Under the pieces are notes generated by a model, which ran no database searches, was not told where the DNA came from, and worked only from the letters and a program-made list of their open reading frames with translations. From Lingula anatina (lineage: Eukaryota > Animalia > Brachiopoda), in NCBI GenBank assembly GCA_051362555.1, contig CM120648.1, positions 18,844,587 through 18,908,586 of the forward strand: 64,000 bases of DNA, read 5' to 3'. Both the position numbers and the translations under genes were made by a program. This document shows positions 48,515-58,900 of the stretch, piece after piece (positions within the stretch are counted from its first letter, which is position 1; each line of letters starts with the position of its first letter).

Positions 48515-51500
48515 CACTCGATTGTGGTGCCGAGTCTAATTTGATAAGTCAGACTACTGCAATAGAGATAGGAGCGCCCATCTTACCTAACAAGTCACAA
48601 ACAGCCAGCCAGGCAGACGGGAAATCCACCTTGAACGTTATAGGTGAAACTCGTATACACCTCACTCGAAATGAGAGATCGTTTTTCCTGGAGGCTCTCG
48701 TAGTAGACCAGTTGAGTACCGAAATTTTGGCCGGAACTCCATTTTTAGAGATGAACGATATTACTTTAAGACCAGCCCGAAAGCTGATTTCCTTTTCAGA
48801 TGGCTCCTCTATTACGTATGATGCTGGAAAAAACGTTCGATCTACAGCAAACATCAAACATACTCAGTCTCATATACTTCGCGCGGGACCAATAAATTCC
48901 ACGCTTTGGCCTGGAGACTATATTGAAACTGTCATTCCTGATAATTTGATTGGTGAGAAGGAACTCGCCGTTGAACCATGTGTCTATGGCAATGATTCTT
49001 CGCCTGTGTGGTTAAATCCGCAAGTCGTAAGATCAGTTCATAACAAAATAAGACTTACAAACGACACCGGACTACCATGTATTGTGAAACGCAACTCTCA
49101 CATTGGTTTTGTCTGTCCAGTGAGCGATAGTGAAAAATCGCTTGATTTCCAGCCATCCACTTTGGATACTTCGCCTGCCAACATTTCTATTGCGTCACCA
49201 GTACTTCACTCTGCTGCCGTAAAGTTGGATCCAGATTCTCTGTTAACATCAGGGGACAAACAAGATTTTCAGACACTACTTGTGTCATACGACAATGTTT
49301 TCAACCCGTCAATCCCCGGATACAACGGTGCTATGGGACCTTTTAAATCGGTGGTAAACATGGGTCCTACTCAACCGCCCCAGAGGAAGGGCAGGATTCC
49401 CCAGTATAGCAAAGACAAACTTGTCGATCTACAAGAGAAATTTGATTTTCTGGAGAGTGTTGGCGTCTTCGCAAAACCGGAAGATGTGGGTGTGAATGTC
49501 GAATATCTGAACCCTTCATTTCTGGTAAAAAAGAGCAACGGTTCGTTCCGCTTGGTTACTGCTTTCAACGAAGTTGGAAAATATTGCAAACCTCAACCGT
49601 CTCTTTTACCTGACGTAAATTCAACATTACGTAACATTGGAGGATGGAAACACATTATTACCACTGACTTATCCAGTGCCTTTTATCAGATTCCACTGGA
49701 TAAGAATTCTATGAAATATTGTGGAGTTGCTACTCCTTTCAAGGGAGTAAGAGTCTACACACGTTCAGCAATGGGAATGCCCGGGTCGGAGACAGCATTA
49801 GAAGAGATGATGTCACGTGTCCTTGGTGATCTTATAATGAAAGGCGTCGTTTGTAAGATCGCCGACGATCTTTACTGTGGCGGCGAAACTGTGAAAGAAC
49901 TGATGGATAATTTCCGACAGGTTCTACGAGCTCTCAGCAAGTGTGATCTCCGTCTTTCTCCGACCAAAACCGTGATTTGTCCAAGGGAAACAACAATCCT
50001 CGGATGGACTTGGAGAAGTGGTTTTCTCTCTGCCAACACTCACCGTATATCTACATTGTCGAACTGCGACCGCCCCATGACAGTTTTCGCGCTCAGATCC
50101 TTCATTGGTGCCTATAAAGCATTCGCACGCGTACTACCTGGCTGTGCTTCGATACTTGCTCCCCTAGATAGCATGACTGCCGGAAAACAGTCCCAGGATA
50201 AACTGTCATGGACGGAGGAGAATGTTGTTGCCTTCGAAAATTCAAAGAAAGCTCTACTCAACCATCGTTCTATTATGATTCCTCGGATCAACGATGAGCT
50301 GTGGCTTGTGACAGATGCCTCTTCTCGACACTCTGGTCTTGCTGCAACTTTGTACGCCAAACGCGGAGATAAGCTTGGTTTATCTGGATTTTTCAGCGCA
50401 AAACTCCGAAAACATCAGGTGACTTGGATACCGTGTGAGCTGGAAGCGTTAGCTATAGCTTCTGCGATCAAACACTTCGCTCCATATATTATACAGTCAA
50501 GTCACCAAATGCATGTTTTAACTGATAGTAAGCCTTGCGTACAAGCACATGTTAAATTATGCAGAGGAGAGTTTTCTGCAAGTCCACGAGTGTCCACATT
50601 TCTCTCTTTAGCCAGTAGATATCACGTTTCTGTGCAACACCTGGCAGGTTCAGATAATATTCCAACTGATTTCGCAAGTAGAAACGCAAAAGAATGCCAA
50701 AGCCAGAAGTGTCAAGTTTGCAGCTTTGTCTATGACCTACAAAACTGCGTGGTATCTAGTGTTTCCACCGACGATGTTCTTAGCGAGATCAAACAGCTAC
50801 CATTCACCAACCGGAAAGCATGGCTTCAAATTCAACAAGAATGCTACGATCTACGTCGAACTAAGGCCCACTTATCTCAAGGTACGCGACCTAGTAAAAA
50901 AAACAACGGAGTGTCTAACGTGAAACGTTATCTGCACATTGAGGGTCTTACCATCGCAAAAGACGGTCTTCTAGTAGTACGCCGTCAATCACCTTTGGAA
51001 AACGAACGTGATCTTATAGTAGTTCCCAGACAGGTGTTAAGCGGACTTCTTACTGCTCTCCACATCCGTCTAGAACATCCGTCCAGTTATCAGCTTAAGA
51101 GCGTAGTAAAACGCTACTTTTACGCGTTGAACTTAGACAAAGAAGCCGACGAGACATCGCATTCATGCCATCGATGTGCTTCCTTGAAAAAAATTCCTCA
51201 TCTTCAACAGGAACAGTCTTCAGAAGAACCCCCACCTACAGTTGGAGCATCATTTGCCGCTGATATTATGAAACGACACTCACAAAATATACTGATTGTA
51301 AGAGAAACGGTCACTTCTTTCACAACCGCATGTTTTGTGAAGGACGAAACTAAGGATAGTTTACGGGAAGGTCTCATTCAACTGTGTGCAGAAATGCGAC
51401 CACTTGACGGTCCATTTGCTGTCATTCGCACTGATTCTGCTCCTGGATTCAAATCATTAGTATCAGATGAGTCCCTTCGATCGTCTAGATTAGTCATCGA

Positions 51501-52281
51501 AATAGGACGTCCCAAAAACATCAATAAAAATCCAGTGGCGGAAAAAGCAGTTCAGGAACTTCAAGACGAAATTCTTCGCAAAGATCCCTCGCGTGATTCT
51601 ATTTCTCAAACTACTCTCAGCCTGTGCGTTGCTCAGCTCAATTCTAGAATGCGCCGAGGAGGTTTGTCTGCGAGGGAAATGCTTTTTCAGAGGGATCAAT
51701 TCACCTGTCAACAAATTCCCACTTCAGATAGAAAACTGATTATTGATCAGCATTCTATAAGAGCGAAAAACCACGACAGTAGTATGCAATCTAAAGCGCC
51801 TTTAAAACAAAGCGCCAATGATAACAATCTCAGTGTAGGAGATATCGTTTATTTACATCACGACAAGACAAAGAATTACGACCGAGATCGCTACATGGTG
51901 GTAAAAGTCGACGGTCACTGGTGCAATGTTCAAAAATTCATAGGAAATCAGCTACGATCTATGTCTTATAGAGTTAAACAATCAGACTGTTATAAGGTAC
52001 CCGTTTATAAATGGAGAAAAGTCAACGATTTATGTAGTGACAACTCCGATGATTCGGACTTATCTTTGTCTGACTATGAAAACGTAAATACTGCTGACAA
52101 CGACAAGGAACCTTGCAATGACTTTGACTCTTTCCATGAATTTCAGCCTCAAGTTGACGAAAGCAACGAAAATGGTGAAGTTGAAACTCCATCAGATCTA
52201 TGTGAACAACCAGCTCAAACTCTTAGACGTTCTACGAGAAAAAGACAAACTCCCAAATATCTTACTGATTATGTTTTGTAA
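48430..52281 (+). CDS. pol: Pol polyprotein (protease, RT, RNase H, integrase)
   Basis: Frame open from 48430. Protease LDCGA, RT TDLSSAFYQIPL..MGMPGS..IADD, RNase H TDAS..ELEALA..TDSKP, integrase H..H..C..C, RTDSAPGF, NPVAEKAV. Confidence 0.93.
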   Translation, partial: DSQRRGQRVRISPSPCFDGYHNQHPVHLTLDCGAESNLISQTTAIEIGAPILPNKSQTASQADGKSTLNVIGETRIHLTRNERSFFLEALVVDQLSTEILAGTPFLEMNDITLRPARKLISFSDGSSITYDAGKNVRSTANIKHTQSHILRAGPINSTLWPGDYIETVIPDNLIGEKELAVEPCVYGNDSSPVWLNPQVVRSVHNKIRLTNDTGLPCIVKRNSHIGFVCPVSDSEKSLDFQPSTLDTSPANISIASPVLHSAAVKLDPDSLLTSGDKQDFQTLLVSYDNVFNPSIPGYNGAMGPFKSVVNMGPTQPPQRKGRIPQYSKDKLVDLQEKFDFLESVGVFAKPEDVGVNVEYLNPSFLVKKSNGSFRLVTAFNEVGKYCKPQPSLLPDVNSTLRNIGGWKHIITTDLSSAFYQIPLDKNSMKYCGVATPFKGVRVYTRSAMGMPGSETALEEMMSRVLGDLIMKGVVCKIADDLYCGGETVKELMDNFRQVLRALSKCDLRLSPTKTVICPRETTILGWTWRSGFLSANTHRISTLSNCDRPMTVFALRSFIGAYKAFARVLPGCASILAPLDSMTAGKQSQDKLSWTEENVVAFENSKKALLNHRSIMIPRINDELWLVTDASSRHSGLAATLYAKRGDKLGLSGFFSAKLRKHQVTWIPCELEALAIASAIKHFAPYIIQSSHQMHVLTDSKPCVQAHVKLCRGEFSASPRVSTFLSLASRYHVSVQHLAGSDNIPTDFASRNAKECQSQKCQVCSFVYDLQNCVVSSVSTDDVLSEIKQLPFTNRKAWLQIQQECYDLRRTKAHLSQGTRPSKKNNGVSNVKRYLHIEGLTIAKDGLLVVRRQSPLENERDLIVVPRQVLSGLLTALHIRLEHPSSYQLKSVVKRYFYALNLDKEADETSHSCHRCASLKKIPHLQQEQSSEEPPPTVGASFAADIMKRHSQNILIVRETVTSFTTACFVKDETKDSLREGLIQLCAEMRPLDGPFAVIRTDSAPGFKSLVSDESLRSSRLVIEIGRPKNINKNPVAEKAVQELQDEILRKDPSRDSISQTTLSLCVAQLNSRMRRGGLSAREMLFQRDQFTCQQIPTSDRKLIIDQHSIRAKNHDSSMQSKAPLKQSANDNNLSVGDIVYLHHDKTKNYDRDRYMVVKVDGHWCNVQKFIGNQLRSMSYRVKQSDCYKVPVYKWRKVNDLCSDNSDDSDLSLSDYENVNTADNDKEPCNDFDSFHEFQPQVDESNENGEVETPSDLCEQPAQTLRRSTRKRQTPKYLTDYVL

Positions 52282-52995
52282 TAATGTCTTAAAAGAGTTT
52301 ATACCTATGAATCTGACACTCAGTTATCTATAAACGGAGAGGAGACTTCCATGTACCTTTGACATTGACACTCTACTGTTACACCTCTGTACATACTGCA
52401 CTAATGTTTTTGTATTGATTTTGCCGTTATTATACATTATTTAATCCTTTTATAAAAAAAAAAAAAGAAAGAAAGAAAGAGAAAGAGAAAGAAAAGTGAT
52501 TACGCCAGTATTATGTAAAGTGCATTCGATTGTAACGAGTAAACACAGGTGTATAGTACGTAATTGCCTCTAGCAGTGACACTTGGTCATCTGCCTGATT
52601 TGCATGTAAATAAACGCCGAGTGCCTTGTCGGCACTTGAGGTATATGATTTGGACACTAAAGACGTGTTTGTTTGCTTCATGTCATGGCGCAAAATGGCC
52701 AGGTTCAACTCATGACAGCTTCATTTTCAACCAATGTGCCATACATGAGATGTACGAAGCAGGAATGCTGCCAAGGAGTTATCTACTCGGAGACAGTGTG
52801 TATGCTCTGTCTCCTCTCATAATGACACCAATCCTGCACCCGATCACTGCAGAAGAAGAGGCCTATTCTGAGATCCAAAGGAAAACCAGGACTGTTGTTG
52901 AACAGGCACTTGGTGTAACTAAAGGCAGATTCAGGTATGTTTACCCTTTATGGGATATAAATCTAATCCCTATTGTGAAAACACCCATTAACTAA

Positions 52996-53210
52996 GGCTC
53001 TGTTCTCACAACTTTTAGATCGATCTATCACCGCGGGGAGTCTCACTAGATTACTGTCAGATAATCCCCCTTAAGTGTCCGTCCCCGCCTACTACAAGCT
53101 TTAAGGGGTAATTAACTTTCGTGTCCGCCCGGCTGACAGCTATTTAGCGTGAACCCCCAGGGAGTTAGGTCGATCCAATGTAGGTCGATCTAATCTATGA
53201 GAATGGGGTG
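52996..53210. mobile_element. Possible small MITE in transposase intron 2
   Basis: TAA flanks and imperfect IRs (TTCTCA..TAGATCGATCTA / TAGGTCGATCTA..TGAGAA). Confidence 0.4.
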
Positions 53211-53679
53211 TAAGTTTGTGTATTTACTTTCATCAATCAGTTCCCAACCTACATTCAATAGGGTGACTCCCCTTTTCACCCACACCCACACATAATTATA
53301 AAACCTGGCAAATAATTTTGTTTCAAAAGTCTTGGTTATAAATCATAATAACGTTAACTAGTAAAAAAAAAAAGTCTTATAAATTTGTGATTTATTGTTT
53401 CCTGTAAGAAATATAATCAAATGTTCTGATACAATAATATCTTCTTTATTTTAGGTGTATGTACAAGAATGGTGGTCATCTCTGGTACACCCCAGAGATG
53501 TGTGGGAGAATCATCATTGTCTGTTGTATCCTACACAATTTTTGTCAGGAAAACAACCACCCGCACCATGAGGATGAAGATCCTGACATTGATGCAAGTG
53601 TTCATGACAATGTGTGTTTGTTGGTCCTGTACTTTCCTCTGGTCTCAGGACCAGGGAAGAAATAATCAGGAACTTCTTT

Positions 53680-54455
53680 ACACATTAGTCATGTACACCT
53701 GCCTCGATGTCAGGATCTTCAACTCAGCAGCCCCATGAATCTGCCTTATGGTACACCAAGAGCCTTTTCAACAACACTTCTGTATTTTGACTCTCAGAAA
53801 ATGCCTCTTCCTCTCAATGATCGGCCCCAGGATTAATGACATCATGATTGGAGACAGTGGAAATACTGCCTCTGAGTGGGAAGCCACTTGGCATTTCCTA
53901 CCTTGTACATCTCTTGTATGGTACAGATATTGAAAATGAAGCTGTCGTGGGTTGTTAGCCAGCCCACCTTGGAACTACATTTGTACACTGAAAACTTTCC
54001 ACAAACAAACATATTCACATCAAAGGAATCAGGATGGAACTTTTATTGGAGCTAGAATAGCACTGATGGCACTGATGACCTTCTGGAAGCCAAATATATG
54101 TTTAACTCTCCTAACATCTCCCTCTTTACTTGGGAACTTGATATGCAGTGCATGGACATAGCATGGATACCGACAATGATGCCAGATCAAGGTTGTCTCT
54201 CTGCCACCACTTTGATCTGACCCAGTAGAGACTACATGTAAAGCAGCAGTAATTGGTGTAGCAAGCACTTGTGACAGTGTTTAAGACCTCGTGGTCAGTC
54301 TTCTTTAAGGTTCTTCATTGATCCCTTGAGTCAGTTTGAGCACATTCTCTGAAGTCATGCAGGATCTCTTATGAAATAGATGAGGTTGGAACTCTAGCAT
54401 AGGATCTCTGAGTCTCACACACACACTTCCATATTCTCCTGGTATTTTTCTCTAA
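53680..54455 (-). repeat. Inverted, diverged, intron-lacking copy of the Harbinger transposase CDS
   Basis: Reverse complement aligns by eye, in order, to 46285-46780, 47170-47185 + 52691-52933 and 53576-53612. Confidence 0.85.
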
Positions 54456-55397
54456 CTCTCAGTTGGATCATTTATGAATCATTGTGGGATGAATATGGAT
54501 TATTGTTTCATTAAACAAAATAATGAAAACTGATGTTCTCTTTAAAATGTCATAATTTATTATATTTTGCATATAATACTAAGAACTGAAATTTAAAATA
54601 AGTGTACAAAATGACAAAGGTGTACAGATTTGATTTAACATAACAGCTAGTGTTCATGCAGGAAATTTAATAACAAATTCCAGGAATCAAAAAGACTTAT
54701 ACTTTAAGTCAATTACTTTTGAAGTACACTTTCAATGCAAATAGGGCAAAATAAAATCACTTTAAAGTTTATGTAAGAAACAAAACAGATGGTCAAGTTA
54801 TGTTTTACATAAATTTTTTATTTTATGAAACAATAACATTATGAAAATATTAAATAAAATATAAAAATAATATTATAAACAATTTCCTAAATGTATATTC
54901 TTGTCTAAATTAAAGTTAATAAGTACAGTATAAAAATAAAGTCCTTTTCAAGGAAATGAAAACTATCCCTTATAAAAGATTTGTAACAAATTCCAGTTCT
55001 TTGCCGAGGTCATAAACTTAGTTTAAAATACAGCACTGAATGATCAAACTGATTCACATATTGAAAATTACTGAATGAAAAATACTGAAAAATTATCAAA
55101 AAGAAATTGCATAAATTAAAGGAAAAAATAATACAGTCAAGTTGGCATGTATATCCTTATAATCATTCTTGTACGTAAAAAAATAAGTAACAAAGTTTTA
55201 TTTTTCATTATATTTGTGGTGGCAGGGTCCACAATAGGGATTTTGCCAATTTTGATGCAATATAACATAATACTTAACAGCATATTCACTACAAAATTAA
55301 AATAATATATGTGAAAGTTCACAGTACAGGGATGATGACTGCAACAACAGATGCAACTAATGGCTAGTACAGTGATGTACAGTAACATACAGCTAGT

Positions 55398-55913
55398 ATG
55401 TGTCTTGGCAAAAACAAAAAAATATCATGATCCCAATAAGATGCACTCACTGGTAAGTATCTACAAGAGACTCGCACTTCAGTACATCCAACTTCATTTC
55501 ACAGTATTCTGTTATTTTTTCAAATAACACTTTGTTACTTTTGTCAATTTCTAATCTCTCCCTTTCTAACTGTAAACGCTCTTTTTCTACTTTCAACCTC
55601 TCCTCCTCTAATGCTAAGCGATCCTTCTCTACGTTGTAAAGCCTTTCACTTACATCTGTGTCTTGGCAAAAACAAAAAAATATCATGATCCCAATAAGAT
55701 GCACTCACTGGTAAGTATCTACAAGAGACTCGCACTTCAGTACATCCAACTTCATTTCACAGTATTCTGTTATTTTTTCAAATAACACTTTGTTACTTTT
55801 GTCAATTTCTAATCTCTCCCTTTCTAACTGTAAACGCTCTTTTTCTACTTTCAACCTCTCCTCCTCTAATGCTAAGCGATCCTTCTCTACGTTGTAAAGC
55901 CTTTCACTTACAT
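55398..55913. repeat. Near-perfect 258-bp tandem duplication of the Myb-gene terminal exon
   Basis: Coiled-coil exon and stop codon occur twice (stops at 55447 and 55705). Confidence 0.9.
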
Positions 55914-58900
55914 CTGAAATTTGAAGATGTATGTAATTAATAATTAAATATAAAAATGATATAATAAGAACTCAATCTTTTCAATATTCTAAATATTACA
56001 GATACTGTACTTTTAAGTCAATGTGATAGTTCTTCATAAATGAACATATTCCTGTTGAGTTGCAGCAACAAAAATGAAAAGCTGACCATCTGACAATGTT
56101 GAACGCTTTCATAAGCTATATGTTTGAAATTACCAATAAAGTTTCATTTGTTAATAGGTATAGAAATACGGTAATTAACTCATATGTTTCAACCAATAAT
56201 AGACTGAAAAGCACACCTGACTGCCCACAGATGGTAATGCCTATCACAGCCCTCATTTCCCTGATGAAGTCTGGCTGTAAGCAAACACTATATACATAGG
56301 TATATACTCCCCGAACAAATGATTTAAGAGCATTACTTATTCAAACACAAATGTAAATATTAATGTTTATATACCTTGTGATGATGTATGCACCTTCTTC
56401 TTTCTACTGGATGAACCGGTTGCTGAAATCAGCATTTACATGTTAAAATTGGCTGATATAAATAATAATAATAATCAAAATGCATTTTGATCAAGTGATT
56501 ATGTAATGTCCTAAATTCATGTGTTAAAATGGGTGATGTAATTATACATTAAAATATGCAAGTAATCAGAAGCAGTGAACATTGATTGGAAAACATAAAA
56601 TAAATACATATATTTTAATAAAATCTAAAATTAAATATAATAAATACCTCTTCTTTTAAATGGTACATGGCAGGAATGTTCATAGCTAACAAAGAAAATA
56701 GCAATACTATATATGAACATATGATGATTACCTTTCCCTGATGTTAACAAATAATATATCTGTATAAGGATGGGTCCCACTCTGCAGTGACTCTTGTAAA
56801 GTGTAATCTGCATAACTGAATGACATGCCTCCTCCAGCGGCTACAGGGTACTGAACTTGCATGTGTGCTCAGATTAATTACCTGCTAGGTGTTGAAGAAG
56901 GCAAGTCACACAGTAAAGGTATAAGGATCTCACACAGAGTTGTACCAATCCAACTTAATGTAATAGGCTGTGTTTCCCTGTATGGGGATCTAGGAGATTG
57001 CATTCTTTTAATTTTAATTTCAATGTTTCTCTCAATATGATAATTTATATTGTTTTACTTGCAACTTTAAAACAGATGCATTAGAATATATATGCAATAA
57101 GCACCTGTTGTTAAGCCCGTTTCATGACTAGAATCTGTAGCTTGCACGTCTTCATGCCTAGTATAGATGGAGGTGGATTCTGCATTACTATCATTCCTAG
57201 TATTCATGGAGGTGGATTCTGCATTACTATCATTCCTAGTATTCATGGAGGTGGATTCTGCATTACTATCATTCCTAGTATAGATGGAGGTGGATTCTGC
57301 ATTACTATCATTCCTAGTATTCATGGAGGTGGATTCTGCATTACTATCATTCCTAGTATAGATGGAGGTGGATTCTGCATTACTATCATTCCTAGTATAG
57401 ATGGAGGTGGATTCTGCATTACTATCATTCCTAGTATTCATGGAGGTGGATTCTGCATTACTATCATTCCTAGTATTCATGGAGGTGGATTCTGCATTAC
57501 TATCATTCCTAGTATTCATGGAGGTGGATTCTGCATTACTATCATTCCTAGTATAGATGGAGGTGGATTCTGCATTACTATCATTCCTAGTATTCATGGA
57601 GGTGGATTCTGCATTACTATCATTCCTAGTATAGATGGAGGTGGATTCTGCATTACTATCATTCCTAGTATAGATGGAGGTGGATTCTGCATTACTATCA
57701 TTCCTAGTATAGATGGAGGTGGATTCTGCATTACTATCATTCCTAGTATTCATGGAGGTGGATTCTGCATTACTATCATTCCTAGTATAGATGGAGGTGG
57801 ATTCTGCATTACTATCATTCCTAGTATAGATGGAGGTGGATTCTGCATTACTATCATTCCTAGTATAGATGGAGGTGGATTCTGCATTACTATCATTCCT
57901 AATATAGATGGAGGTGGATTCTGCATTACTATCATTCCTAGTATAGATGGAGGTGGATTCTGCATTACTATCATTCCTAGTATAGATGGAGGTGGATTCT
58001 GCATTACTATCATTCCTAGTATAGATGGAGGTGGATTCTGCATTACTATCATTCCTAGTTTTCATGGAGGTGGATTCTGCATTACTATCATTCCTAGTTT
58101 TCATGGAGGTGGATTCTGCATTACTATCATTCCTAGTATAGATGGAGGTGGATTCTGCATTACTATCATTCCTAGTATTCATAGAGGTGGATTCTGCATT
58201 ACTATCATTCCTAGTATTCATGGAGGTGGATTCTGCATTACTATCATTCCTAGTATTCATGGAGGTGGATTCTGCATTACTATCATTCCCAGTATTCATG
58301 GAGGTGGATTCTGCATTACTATCATTCCTAGTATAGATAGAGGTGGATTCTGCATTACTATCATTCCTAGTATTCATGGAGGTGGATTCTGCATTACTAT
58401 CATTCCTAGTATTCATGGAGGTGGATTCTGCATTACTATCATTCCTAGTTTTCATGGAGGTGGATTCTGCATTACTATCATTCCTAGTATAGATGGAGGT
58501 GGATTCTGCATTACTATCATTCCTAGTATTCATAGAGGTGGATTCTGCATTACTATCATTCCTAGTATTCATGGAGGTGGATTCTGCATTACTATCATTC
58601 CTAGTATAGATAGAGGTGGATTCTGCATTACTATCATTCCTAGTATAGATGGAGGTGGATTCTGCATTACTATCATTCCTAGTATAGATGGAGGTGGATT
58701 CTGCATTACTATCATTCCTAGTATAGATGGAGGTGGATTCTGCATTACTATCATTCCTAGTATAGATGGAGGTGGATTTTGCATTACTTTCATTCCTAGT
58801 ATTCATGGAGGTGGATTCTGCATTACTGTCATTCCTAGTATTCATGGAGGTGGGTTCTGCATTACTGTCATTCATAGTATTCATGGAGGTGGGTTCTGCA

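Larger units (their letters stand above)
47186..52690 (+). mobile_element. Full-length Ty3/Gypsy LTR retrotransposon, recent insertion
   Basis: 188-bp LTRs 47186-47373 and 52503-52690, apparently identical. PBS TGGTGGCAGCGGT (tRNA-Leu-like) at 47374, polypurine tract 52454-52496, TSD (G)CAA, PR-RT-RH-IN order. Confidence 0.95.
46263..53688 (+). pseudogene. Harbinger DDE transposase (HARBI1-like), disrupted
   Basis: Exons 46263-46822, 47166-47185 + 52691-52934, 53455-~53688. Motifs IGAIDGSLIPI, CRKGFHALNIQ, KWPGSTHDS, LLGDS, RTVVEQALG..KGRFR, CCILHNF. Stops at 46455 and 46476, LTR insertion, 3' frameshift. Confidence 0.9.
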
